Origin: Rhynchobatus australiae
Lineage: Eukaryota
DNA length: 64,000 nt
Assembly: GCA_034780895.1 (NCBI GenBank)
Contig: JAUZTB010000076.1
Coordinates: 47,858,203 to 47,922,202, forward strand
Direction: 5' to 3'
Positions 47,737 through 60,636 of this stretch are shown here, piece by piece; within the stretch, counting starts at the first letter, position 1; every line of letters starts with the position of its first letter. The position numbers and the translations under genes are program-made. The notes below the pieces were generated by a model. That model was given only the letters and a program-made list of their open reading frames with translations. It had not been told where the DNA came from and ran no database searches.

Positions 47737-50700
47737 GCCAGCCATTCCCCACATAATACATATAGGGAGAGTCATACCACATGGAATTGGGTCCTGTGGC
47801 CCACTATGTCCATGCCAACCATCAAATACCCATCCATGTTAATTCCATTTACTAGTACTTAATCTGTATGTTACTGAATAGTGTAGGTCAGATGCAACAG
47901 CGTAAAGGAAGCTACTATTCATGTTAGGAAATGAATTCTGCTGTGGTGTAAACATTCTTTGTTCAAATCTTTGGTAACAAGTAAATCAAATCATTGGAAG
48001 ACAGGCGAAACAAACCTGAAAAGGAAATCGAATTTAATTTTTTAAAGAAGTAATCTCACTTGGTAGCCCACATTTGAATTCTTTTTAAACCTAAGAATCT
48101 CTCAGTTGTCTGAGAAACCAAGAGCCAGAGATATTGGTGTAGGTATGTGAAATTTCTTCAATCCTTGTATGAGAGCAATTGTTCTACAATTGTTCTATTA
48201 GCAAGTTTGAGGTCAGGGAGCTGACAAAATTGGTTATTCAGAGCTGTCAGATTATAGGCAAGTAATCGCAGCTTGTAATTGCAATTGGGATTCATTAATT
48301 GATGAAATCAGTGTGAAATTAGTGTTGTAATTCATATACTGAATAGTGCTGTATTTGCTGTCTATTGCTCTTCAGAACCAATCTGATACCCATTTCATCA
48401 CTCCCACTTTACACTGTTATAAAAGAGTTTACTCAATGGATTGTGTCTATGAACATTTTGAGAACAAAGTTCAGTCATATTTGCCTTAGGAATTCAGGTT
48501 TTAATTAGGTCAGAAACACTTTATTCCAGAGTGGATNNNNNNNNNNNNNNNNNNNNNNNNNNNNNNNNNNNNNNNNNNNNNNNNNNNNNNNNNNNNNNNN
48601 NNNNNNNNNNNNNNNNNNNNNNNNNNNNNNNNNNNNNNNNNNNNNNNNNNNNNNNNNNNNNNNNNNNNNNNNNNNNNNNNNNNNNNNNNNNNNNNNNNNN
48701 NNNNNNNNNNNNNNNNNNNNNNNNNNNNNNNNNNNNNNNNNNNNNNNNNNNNNNNNNNNNNNNNNNNNNNNNNNNNNNNNNNNNNNNNNNNNNNNNNNNN
48801 NNNNNNNNNNNNNNNNNNNNNNNNNNNNNNNNNNNNNNNNNNNNNNNNNNNNNNNNNNNNNNNNNNNNNNNNNNNNNNNNNNNNNNNNNNNNNNNNNNNN
48901 NNNNNNNNNNNNNNNNNNNNNNNNNNNNNNNNNNNNNNNNNNNNNNNNNNNNNNNNNNNNNNNNNNNNNNNNNNNNNNNNNNNNNTCCCAATAACAGGGG
49001 CTTCTTAGAACTCGTATTTCAGGTACAAGGATTGCAATCTGTATCCCCTGAGTACCGAGAAACAAAAAGTACACCTGAATTTTAAGGCCAGTGTTTTTTT
49101 TAAAAGAACTCTCCAGCATTGTAGATATTTAGCCAGGTAGTGGATTTGTTATCACTGATTACTGGATATTTTGTTTGAATGATGACTCAATTAACAAAAT
49201 GTCTCTGAAAATTTGCTGTCGCTAGTTGAGTTTCTGTAGTATTTCAACTTGAAAGTTATAATTGACTCTAAACATTCTCCTTGGGCTTTGATAAGTTAGG
49301 TTAAAAGCCATCAAATACTGTGATTAATGCATTTATGTGAGATGGGTCAAAGGCATTACTGTGTCCTTTACGTAGAGTTTGAACTCTTTTGCAGCATTTA
49401 ACCTCTCTAGCACTTTTCTGCAATTGGCTCCATATGTTCAGTGTCACAAACATTTAGGTAGAATGCTCTGAAGAAAGATCAGGCACTGAATAGAAAAAGG
49501 ACAAGGCTGCTTTTAAATGGTTGGGATGCAAAATAATGGCTAATGATTCCAACTTTTCTATTGTTACCAGAAATGAAACAGAATTACAGAAGTATTTTAG
49601 TTAAAGTGTAATTTTAAAAGCTGTTAATCCATTTTTGTTGATCCTCATAGATTAATTTTAAACTTACCAGAGTTAGAATTCTGTTATCAACAATGTGCCA
49701 AATAACCCAATAATCATGGTTGGCCAGCACTCCCTGGTGTCATGTCCTTCACTGGCAATCTATATGGCATGTCAACTTCTCATCTGCACTGTACTTTGTA
49801 GCTTTGATATATAGGTTTCTGTTGTGTAAATATGGAAAAGCCACCATCAGTTTAAAATTAAATTTAACAAAAAAGTTTGAAATTTTAACCATCAGACTTC
49901 CCCATTTTTGTGTACATCTTGGTTATTAATTTTTGAGGAGGGACTTCTTTGGATTCATGTGCTGTTGAAAAGAATATGAAGTTTGTCCTCCATTGTAACA
50001 CATGGTGGATTAGTTAGGGAGTGTTATAGGACACAACTTGGCAAGGATTAAATGATGCTTTCAATGTTTGTCATGGCGTTGGATGTGTGCTGCTTCATAA
50101 ATCCACAGTTTCTTTTCATTGTTTTGGATCCTTGACCAGTTGGACAGGGACAGTGTTCAAAGCACTACAGAGTTATTATTTATTTAAAATATATTTTTTG
50201 CTTGTTCATCAGCTTGTTGGAACTCGAGCAGAGTATTTTTACACTCAGAAGATCCATTGGTAACCATCAAATGTATCAAGCTGCTTCAAACATCCATTAG
50301 GCTCTGTAACTCTGTTCCAAATCTATCTCTGTGTGACCTCCTAAAGACCTAACGATTTTTAGGTCTTTATGTTGAGTTTTTCCTCTTCCCTTACCATGTT
50401 CATCTCCTGATCAGTGTCCAGCACACGTTTTTATTAAGAGGTTTCAGATACTTTTTTACATTCAGATACTTATTTATATTAAGAGGTTATAGGAATCCAT
50501 TCTGCTTTTGTTTTTGCCACATAGTCAGAGACATGTTCAACAAGACTTGTTGTATCTACCTAACAACATGCTTTAAGCTTAACCTCACAAAACCACTTCC
50601 TATTGGACCATGTTATAGCATCTGTCCTTGTGTGTTCTCTGAATGAGCCTGCCAATCTAATATCAATATGCTTCAGGATATGAGTGTACCTGTTGGAATA

Positions 50701-53494
50701 GTTTTATTTTATTAGGTGCTTCACTGTCAATAGACATTCNNNCACAGTTGCAAGCACTCATCTTGCAGTATGACGCTGTATGTGGGTGGTACACTGCTTC
50801 TTAAATTTGGTTCCATTAACTTCAGTGGAGTTCAACATGCATTCATGATTACATTGTGCAGATATAAAGACAATTTTTTCCACCCTCAGAATTTGATCCT
50901 AATTAGGCCTGCCACCAGAGATGAAAGCACAATCTGCTAACTGCTTGCATGATCCAACTATTTAACTTGCCTTTTTCCCTTGAGACCCCTAAGATATGGG
51001 TTAGAGCACCACCCATTGGCTACTTTTCACAGTTTTTAAGAAAAAGACTGGCAGAGCCATTCATTTTCATCAATATTCCTATGCAGATTTCCAGCATTGA
51101 AACACATTTCCTCTTGTATCCCACTGATTCAGTTCAGACCTTTTTCTCACCAGTCTTCCAGCAGTTTAAAAGATTTTTTTTATTCATAAAAACAGAACAC
51201 CACATCTTTTCCTGTTTTGGTAAAGTTACTGTTGCAGGTGTCTATTGATCACCTTATGAATTTTGAGAGATGTGTGCATGCTGTATTGATGGAGGATCAA
51301 AATTTCTTTTTTTTACACAAAGTGTAAGTTGGTGTGTTTTCACGCCTTAATATTCGGGGTATTTTGGATTTTCAGTCAAGGGCACCCACAAGTTACGTTA
51401 ATTGTTGAGTGCAATCAATGGTTCCTGCCCGATATGTGCTACAGTAGCCATTGTTCCTCACAATGGGAAAGAAGAACTGTTGTAACTTGGTCTGGGAGTC
51501 ACTGTAGTNNNNNNNNNNNNNNNNNNNNNNNNNNNNNNNNNNNNNNNNNNNNNNNNNNNNNNNNNNNNNNNNNNNNNNNNNNNNNNNNNNNNNNNNNNNN
51601 NNNNNNNNGTCCACTGATCCTCTTTGATTATTAAAATTATAGGGAGAATGGAGAGGAAAAATGACAACTAAACTGAAGAAGAAATTTGTACTAATTTAAG
51701 GGTCAATCTAAGCAAAATGTCAAAATAATTTTGATTAAAGTGTGTATCAAAAATTTTAAGAAATTATTAGAAAATGAATAATAATGTTTGCAAATGGCAT
51801 TGACACAGAGAATTGAGAATAATTTTTAATCTTTAATTATGCAACTGCAAATCTGTGAGTCATGGTTATGTAAATACAGTATTGAATGAGATGTAAATAA
51901 ATTAAACATTGATTTGGTAAATTAATATGCTGTCGCTCACCCTGAAAGCAATTTGATTGGTTTACAGTGGTATTTTTTAAAAAAAGGATAAATGGCAATT
52001 ATACCCTAGCTGGTTTCCATCGCTGTAGCTGGTGAATTTTGTATGAAACTGGTGTCAAGTGCTATTATATATTTGCAGTGAAAAATAGAAACTTGTCCCT
52101 GGTTCTCCTTGTCGTGGCACAGTCTGTCTTTAATCATACTTTTCATCAGTACATTGAAATTTCGGTTACCAAGGACAACATCATAAATAAATCTGTTTGT
52201 TGAGTTTTACTTGCAACTTCCGAAGTTTGTGCACTTCATGTGAGTGAGGAAGAGAGGCGGTCGTCTGTGGAAATTTATAATCATTTATTACATATGTGTG
52301 AAGCGAAGGAGGAATAAAAGCGTGAAGGCATACATCCATAAACTGAGGCAGAAAGCCTAAATGAAAACTAAAGTGAATTCCTGGGTCTTGTCACAAAGTA
52401 ATGAGAAACTAGGGCTTTTATTCATAGTGGCGGAAGATACATTTGCTCTCAATCTCTTTTTAGCAGTAAATGCTTCACTGATATATCACATCAAATTTGA
52501 ACAGAAATATTTGTGCTCTACATTATAGCGAAGCTTTGGGAATTACTACATGGTTGGATAGATTCTGTGAAGGTTTATAGCATGTATGGTCACAGTTATT
52601 ATATTTAATCATAATCTATCTAATTCATTGTATTTTGCTCAGCTCAATGTGACTTAAAGTAACGTTTTAGGCTGTGAAAATAAGCCCTAGTGCTGCAGGT
52701 TTTATTGAAGTAAATTGTCAGTAATAAAAAATTCTATTATTTAAATGCACTCTTTTATTGTGTGTTGATTATTAGAAGTAAAGCCTAATCAACAAAATAA
52801 GAAGCTGNNNNNNNNNNNNNNNNNNNNNNNNNNNNNNNNNNNNNNNNNNNNNNNNNNNNNNNNNNNNNNNNNNNNNNNNNNNNNNNNCTGTCTTTGCATG
52901 TGTGCGCATTGCAGACTTGATGTGAATTTATCGAAACGTCTGTAAAAAGAGCACACAGTAGAAGGTTATCCCTTCATTTTACAGCACACTTGAATTTTGA
53001 ACTATCTTTAAAAGTTTCTTCCAATGTATAATTATGAAGTTCTGAATTGACAGACACGTGTTAATAATACAAATTTTGCTGGTGGCTAATATCAGCAGAC
53101 GTGTATCACTAAACTGATGGCAACTTTCTGTTTCTGAAGCAAATTAAAATGCCGTTAGATTGCCTGAATGAGTCTTGTACTGCTCAGAAAATAAAAATGG
53201 GGTTAAGGAAGTTATTGATTTCTCATGGGTGTGTGAAGAATAGCAACTGAAGTTGTGAATGTAGAAGATGCCAAATATAAGGCAAGTCTAGTGAGGCATA
53301 CTGTATATTCTGATTATATAAATGTCTGTAATTCAATTAAAAAATTACTCCTTTCCTTAAAACATTTGAGAATTAACATTTAAAATAATTTGCACACTGT
53401 GCTCTCTGTCTGTAAGAGTCATTAATTCAAATTGCACCACTTTGGGGAATACAACTTTGGTTAATTAAATAATTCTAGATGAAACAATTGAAAG

Positions 53495-53710
53495 AACCAG
53501 TCTGGTTCACTTTTGCCCTTATAGGGAAGGAACTCTGTTATCCTTCCTCAGTGTGGTCTATATGTGTCTACAAACCTAAAGCAATATAGTTGACTCTAAA
53601 CCATTTGCTGAAATGACCAAGCAAGCCACTTGGTTCAAGGACAATTGGGATGAGCAATAAATGCTGGCCTTGCCAGCAACAGCCGCATGCTATGAATTAT
53701 TTTAAAAAAA
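53495..53710 (+). mobile_element. LF-SINE-like SINE 3' half
   Basis: tctggttcac...tagggaaggaactctgttatcctt...gcaagccacttggttcaaggacaattgggatgagcaataaatgctggccttgccagc. Confidence 0.7.
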
Positions 53711-55149
53711 ATTCTTGGGTCAGCCATATCGAGTTTCTGCTTAGATAAATGTAAGTAATACATGATTTCAGTGTCCAGATAGTGAATGTCTGGCAACAAC
53801 TGAACTATTGATCTGGCACTCATTAAATCAAATGATTCTCGTTAATAGGAAAATTTACAAATCATTGATGCATACTGCTTGTTTCTCTTACAAGTATTTA
53901 TTGAAATGCAGAAATAATGAATTATGCTAAAGGAGTACCAGGATTTTAGAATCATGGCTTAAGTGGACAATGTGTTCTGGAGTCAACAATTTAATGTTGT
54001 AATGCCTGCTAGAAACTGTAAAATGAATGCAACGATGCATTTAAAAAGAGGAACACATGTTTGATTTGCCCAGGAGTCCAGTCCAAAATGATAGTAATAA
54101 TGATGGCCCACAGCGTATTAATGAGCATGATGATCGTTGAGGTATTTTTGCTCAATTCTGGACACTTTCTCAAAAATAGTGTTTATAGATGGAAGATTGC
54201 TCTCTGCGAGTATCAGATTCTTATTTCAGACTCTACAGGCACTTAAACTGTGGAGGGTAATACTAAAAGCTGTAGAATAATCCTACATGTAAGTTTTTTA
54301 CTTTGCCACAATATGGAATTGTAGGGGTGCTCCTCCTGCCTAAGATGAACAGAATGCATACATATTTTCCCGAATTCTCTCCTGATTCAATTCAGTCTTT
54401 CCAGTCACATTTGCACTTTCTTCAATAACATGATTGCCATTTGAAGTTCATTGCCGAGACTTTCAGTTCAGTGTCTTCTCTTCAGGTCTTTTTCTTATTC
54501 ACAGATTTTGACTCCATCCTGTGTGGACTGAGGCAGATTGCTTCATAATATTTCTTAATGACAATGAAGGCTTCATTTTGCTAGTGTCCTCTTGTCTCCT
54601 TTCTTGTGTACTTTCTTGCCTGTTGTTGAATTACTGATATTACTGATTAGCTTCCTCAATGTTTTTGCAGATTACTGTGGTTGATTACTTTCTTGATCTG
54701 GGCAAATTTATTTAAGGAGAGGAAGCTGGAGGGATGATGCCTGATGTTTTTTTTTGTAATATGCGCAAAATAGTTCTGGACTGTGCAAGCAGGATTGAGT
54801 ACTTTGAGTTTATGATGAAGAATTCTTTACTTAAGGTGTTTGCCAGGCATTCAACAGATGAACACTTTGTTAAATCTATTTATCAAATTTCCCCTTTTTT
54901 ATCCACATTGCTAAGTTATCAGGCCATATGAATGAGGTATGAAAGGTTTATGGCGTCTAGTGGCAGATTTTTAAGCTCCATGCCTGTCATTGAATTCCAG
55001 GAAACAGCAAGTGTGAAACACAGACAAAAACTGGAGGTAATGTAGTAACATCCAATTATACTTGTCCATGGGACTGGTGATCCAAATGTGGCTTGCCTTG
55101 TACAAGTAAAACTTTTACAGCCCCCTTAATTACTTCGGGTGTCCCAATG

Positions 55150-55510
55150 CATTTTGCAGTCAATTAATTAGTTTTGAAGGGTAGTTGCTGTTGTGCTGTA
55201 GCAAACATAGTTAATTTATGTTCAGTGAGCTCCCATATCAGCAATGTGATTACAACCAGGTAATCTGCTTTGAAGTTGAGTGAGGGACAAATATTGGCCA
55301 AGTCTAAGGGGTTAGCACATGGCATGGCATTTTTAACACCGTGAAAGAGGATATAGGATCTTGGTTTATGGTTACGTACGAATGGGGGCGCTTCCAACAA
55401 TGCAGTGCTCACTTAATACTGTGCAAGAAATCCAACCTAAATTTTTCTGTTCAAGATTGGAGCTTTAACCCACAACCTGACTTGGAGACGAGCGTGCTAC
55501 CAGGCTGCTG
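55150..55510 (-). mobile_element. Deu-domain SINE, near full length
   Basis: cagcaatgtgattacaaccaggtaatctg...aatattggcca...tttaacccacaacctgacttggagacgagcgtgctacca (tRNA-like head on the minus strand). Confidence 0.7.
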
Positions 55511-58500
55511 TGATATTAGGGTCAATTGACCCAGTGGCTGATAACAAAAACTTGTAAATGCTGAATTATCATCACTGCCATTAATTAAGCCAATGTTGCC
55601 TTTTGATCCATTGAATGTAAGATGAGATCCAGTCTGACCCAGCTAAACGAAAGCAACTGGAGCCTTCGCGTAAAAATTGCTTTTCTCCTTAACTGGCCAT
55701 TCTTCCGGTTACAGCCCAAGGTTTGCAAGGTGCACGTGCTCACCCAATATCCCTGTGCAAGTAATCATTCATTGGTCAGGCATCAAGTAAATGTGGCACT
55801 TTCAGACTTCAAAAGGGCAGTCAATGAACAAGGGCTAATGCACAGTAAAATAAAATGAAGCTAAATAAAAAGAACTAGATATAGAAATAGACTGTAGCCG
55901 ATAGTAAGAAATCAGATTCAAATGTAGTGTGAGATTATGGATCCTGTTCCTTTGTCTTCCCTGCTATCCAGAAGTAGTTTGATATGACTCTGCCAATTAT
56001 AATAAAAAATCAAATGATTATATTCTTCGTTTGATGACAAATTTAGCTTTTTACTATCATCCAAAAGCAAGAATTGTTCTTTTAACTCCCAGAGAAACAA
56101 ACAGATTTTGCCACATTTTATTACAAGTCAATATTGAACTAAGCGGTTGTTCCTAAAACAAAAACTGCTTTTGCATAGAGTTGATGAAAGACATTTGTCT
56201 AACCATAATGTTGTGTTTGATAGTAGTGCAATTAACTTCAGACAATACTGTAGTGAAATTATTTTAACCTGCACAGAAAAGTTCAACTTGTAAAGTAAAG
56301 CACCCACTCAAAGGACAGTGTAAGTCACTACAGATTATACCTGCTATTTTGCTCTGTGTGTATAAGCATCTGGAAATATCATCCATTTCTTGTAGCTCTG
56401 GTGAAAGATTGTAGCCCAGTTTGAAACTGGTTCACATACGTGCTGAATTTTGTGACATTCTAGAATGCCAATATTTGCCAACTGTGAAAATCTAAATGAT
56501 GATGTACAAACATATCTTGTATCACCACTAAAAGAGGCTAAATTAATTGCCCTCCTTTGATAATTACAAAGCCAGCCCCACTAATAGCTGTAATTTTAGT
56601 GTTTCCTGCCTTTTATGGAGGGCTCACTGTGAAGATTTTAGGTAACTGGAGGATAGACAGAGATGTGGCTAAGTGGATCTGAATTATCTCATTTGTGTTT
56701 CCATTGTGTGTGTCCCACATAAAAATGGTAAAAGAGCAAGTTATATTAATGATACAGTGCAATAGAACTGCAATAACATTGGACATGAGTGCTGACAGGG
56801 TGGTTACTTCACAGAAGACGGGAAAATGAGATGGCTGGAAATATAATAGTGCACATAATTTAAGGATTAAATAGTTCTGGTCTGTTCTTGGGCAGTGTTC
56901 GTGCTTCATAAGTTGGAAAGTGTATTGGATGTCTGTTAGCCAAATGACCCTGGGGGCAAAAAAGGGAAAATCTTGGTACACTGGATTAATGACTNNNNNN
57001 NNNNNNNNNNNNNNNNNNNNNNNNNNNNNNNNNNNNNNNNNNNNNNNNNNNNNNNNNNNNNNNNNNNNNNNNNNNNNNNNNNNNNNNNNNNNNNNNNNNN
57101 NNNNNNNNNNNNNNNNNNNNNNNNNNNNNNNNNNNNNNNNNNNNNNNNNNNNNNNNNNNNNNNNNNNNNNNNNNNNNNNNNNNNNNNNNNNNNNNNNNNN
57201 NNNNNNNNNNNNNNNNNNNNNNNNNNNNNNNNNNNNNNNNNNNNNNNNNNNNNNNNNNNNNNNNNNNNNNNNNNNNNNNNNNNNNNNNNNNNNNNNNNNN
57301 NNNNNNNNNNNNNNNNNNNNNNNNNAATTTTACAATTTTTGCAAAATTATTAGTGATGTTTCGAAGAGAAAGGAGCATCAGTTTCCCAGGATGCTATGAG
57401 GTGGTCAAACTCCTGATGTAACTCAGTCATTATGGCTTTGATTTCCTAGGTTACCTAAATTAAGTATTTCTGGTATCATATTTTAATGCTGCAATGTAAC
57501 AAAATTGTAAAGATCTGCTGCAAAATAAATGTAAAATCTGTATTTAGAAACGACATGACATGAGGTGAAGTAATTGTATTTGATTCACAAATCAAATCAG
57601 GTACAATCTTTAGTTTCATTGTGGTTAATCAATACAATGCATATCCTTCTAAGTGTTGAACAATCATGAAAAATACTTGAGTACTTTTGATAGCATTATA
57701 CAAAATTCTGTGATAGTATTTAGGTATTCCAGTCCTTCACATTAGGTCAGATTGATTAAGTGACATTAAATGTTTTGATTATAGAATTATTTTTCCATCA
57801 TTTGGAGAGATACCAATTCTTGTTTTTGTCAATATTAGCAATAATAATGCAACTCCCAATAGAAATGCATGAATTAAAATATTTCTGATATTGCGGCACT
57901 GCATGAAAGTGTATCCACAATATACTGTATAATGTGTCAGCTTTTTATTTCGATCATTTCTTCTGCACTAAATATTCTTTTATGTTTGCTTAACATTGAT
58001 TAAAATGAAGCATGAAACAAATTATTGAGGTAATCTATAGATTGTTGAGATCGTGGATTTGAGAAAATATGTACTGTAAAGGAAGTTACTAATGTCACAC
58101 AAACATCTGTGCTGCAGCCTCAACTGTTTGCAACATGTCATAACAGCTTGGTGCAAAAAATTTTCCAAGTTTTCAGTTAATGCAAAGATTGGTGGCATTG
58201 TGTGCAAAGGGGAGTGCATAATTGCAAAGAGATAAATTATTTGGGTGGGAGCAATTGTATTAGATATATGTGAAGCCATCCATTTTGGACCAAACCAAGG
58301 ACAGATCTGAGTATTATTTGCCTGATGTAAAGGTAGGAATAGCAGAAGTATAAGGAGATGGACAAGGGTCACTAAAATGTAGTGGCCAAGTGCAAAATAC
58401 AATCCAAGAGATCACTTTTTTAACCAGAGATCCAGAGGGAAATTGTGCTTATTTATACAAAATCCTGGATATTTCATATTGAGATATTTTATACAGTTCA

Positions 58501-58619
58501 GCTGCACATTGTTTTATATTAACCTTAGAAGGAGGGCAGCACTAATACTTCGGGTGGTATTGAAGGTACTGACAATCAGATAATGTGGAAAGGATTCATT
58601 AACAAGTATGCCAGGTCTT

Positions 58620-58950
58620 GGTGAGATTTGATTGAGATTTTTAAGGTTTTGGAAGGGTTTGTTAAGGTAGATGCAGAGAAACCTTTAATGCTGTTGGGAC
58701 CATCCAGAACAAATTAATATTGGAATTAAGTAGTTCAAAAGAGAAACACATGCAAAGGATGGTGGAAGTATGGAACTCCCATCAAAAGCAGTGGATGGTA
58801 ACTCAATCCATTTTAAAGCTAAATTGAGAGATTTTTGCTAGCTGAGTTTTTTTTTAAGAATACAGAACTAAGGCAGATAAGTTGGCATATAGATTGGTAT
58901 GATCTTGGTGATGAAGGTACAGCTTTAAAAGGTTGACTGATTTCTACATT
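58620..58950 (+). mobile_element. Old CR1-like 3' fragment
   Basis: gagatttgattgagatttttaag...ggatggtggaagtatggaactccc. Confidence 0.55.
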
Positions 58951-59939
58951 TAGTTTCAGCACATTAAATGACACCAATTAGTTTTAGGCTGGTACAGTTT
59001 TGAAAGCGATTTATTCTCCTGTCTCAGAACCACTCTAAAATTGATGTCTGTNNNNNNNNNNNNNNNNNGATACTAGTAAAGAATGGACAGTTCAGTGAGT
59101 TACCTACTAGATTTTTAGCTGGTGGTTCTAAAGCGGATCAATGGTCAGTTTCTTCCAACACTTGCACATTGCAATGCAGATGTCAGGAATGAGCTGGAGG
59201 GCAAATGCTGCATATCTGACCTGCAGCTCCACCACTGGGTTCAGCATAAACATCCCAATCCAAGGAGCCAGATGCACTTCACAAATAGCCCCAAAGTTGC
59301 GTGCCGCACAACATTGCTGTATTCATTTGAATGGGCTCACTGACCTTGAAGGCACCGGAATTGAAGGCAAACTTCTTTTATATATTGCATTTAATCATAA
59401 TGTTTTTAATTAACTTCTAGTAATTTACAGGTGTTTTAAAATAACTATTATTTTCTGAAATTTATTTAGCTCCCTTTTGAACTATTAAATGACTCTGAGC
59501 AACTTTTTAAATGTCTCTGATGATCAAAGGCCTTGGCAGCAGTAAGCAATCATAAGATGTTTCAGTATTCACTGCCCTAAGACCAGTTGCCACCTGCATT
59601 GTGCTCTACTTTGTAGGACAACTGTGCTGGTCAGTGCAACGGCAACTCTGGAGGCACAACAACTAAATGCAGCCACAAGAATGATACAGGGAATGTGCAC
59701 AGGGAGAAAGACCAGAACAGTATATTAGAATTGCACAGCCCACTTTTAAATTTCAAAAGTTTGCTCGCATCTGGTGTGAAGGCAAAGCAATTTGAGATGT
59801 TACTCATCTAAGTAGCCATTGCATTTTATAGTCCTTGTCCCAAGTAACTTTGCACTTAAGTGCTTACTCTTTTGTGGTTGATGCTTGTGCAGTGTAAAGT
59901 TCCTTCACAATAAATAGGACAATGGATCAGAATTTTAAA

Positions 59940-60170
59940 TGTTGTTAGCTTAAGGAAGAATTGTTCATGAAAACTTCCCTGCTCATCTTACTGTGGGACC
60001 TCCTGTTTACCTCAAATGTTCGGCAAGGCTTCTACTTAACAGCTTGTCTGCGAGACATCACATTTGGCAGAGCAGTACTCCTTTGGCACTGTACTGTGAT
60101 TCCAGCCTAAATTTAATGCTCATATTGTGGGGTAGGATGAACTCGTAAGTTCCAGTACTCAGCTGAGCCA
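59940..60170 (-). mobile_element. Deu-domain SINE remnant
   Basis: cttccctgctcatctt...gcagtactcctttggcactgtactgtgattccagcctaaatt...ctgagcca. Confidence 0.55.
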
Positions 60171-60594
60171 AGATAACCCTCAAGGTAAAATCTATAATGG
60201 ACATGGATTCAGGTGAATTTATGCTGCCCATTTAGCTTTGCAGCAGTGCAAAGTGTGTGATATTACTGCTCTTTGTGCATTTTAATGAGGTTCTGCATCA
60301 TAACTGATTGCAATAATTGTGGTGGTAGTTTCAATGGGACCTGCTCCTTTTCAAGGCCCCCAGTTGTCCCGATAACCTTGATTACTATTCAGTTGGGTAA
60401 CAGAGATTTGTAAAGAGCCGCTTTCCTCTGTGGTGGATACTTGAGCTGCAGTTCATGAAATTGAAAAATAAAAATTGACCTTGTCTGTTACAAGAACCTC
60501 TTTGTGTTTGTTCTCAGGGAAACTTCGTTTCAAAATTGCAAGTGAAAAAAATGATTACAGTTAACAGCTTTTTCCCCTCCTTTTGTCTTTATAG

Positions 60595-60636
60595 GGTCTC
60601 TTCATCTTCCTGATATATGGAGTGTACAACACAGAG
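60595..60636 (+). CDS. ADGRD2: ADGRD2-like exon: second half of TM7/helix 8 start (42 bp)
   Basis: Long polypyrimidine tract plus tatAG acceptor, GAG|GTAAGG donor, phase 0/0; GLFIFLIYGVYNTE continues the NSLQ|G.FIF motif from exon 8057-8177. Confidence 0.9.

Noticed and set aside
8178-60594. Nested protein-coding gene in the giant intron
   Set aside because: Every coding-like stretch I could interpret was a TE remnant; short exons or sequence in gaps cannot be excluded
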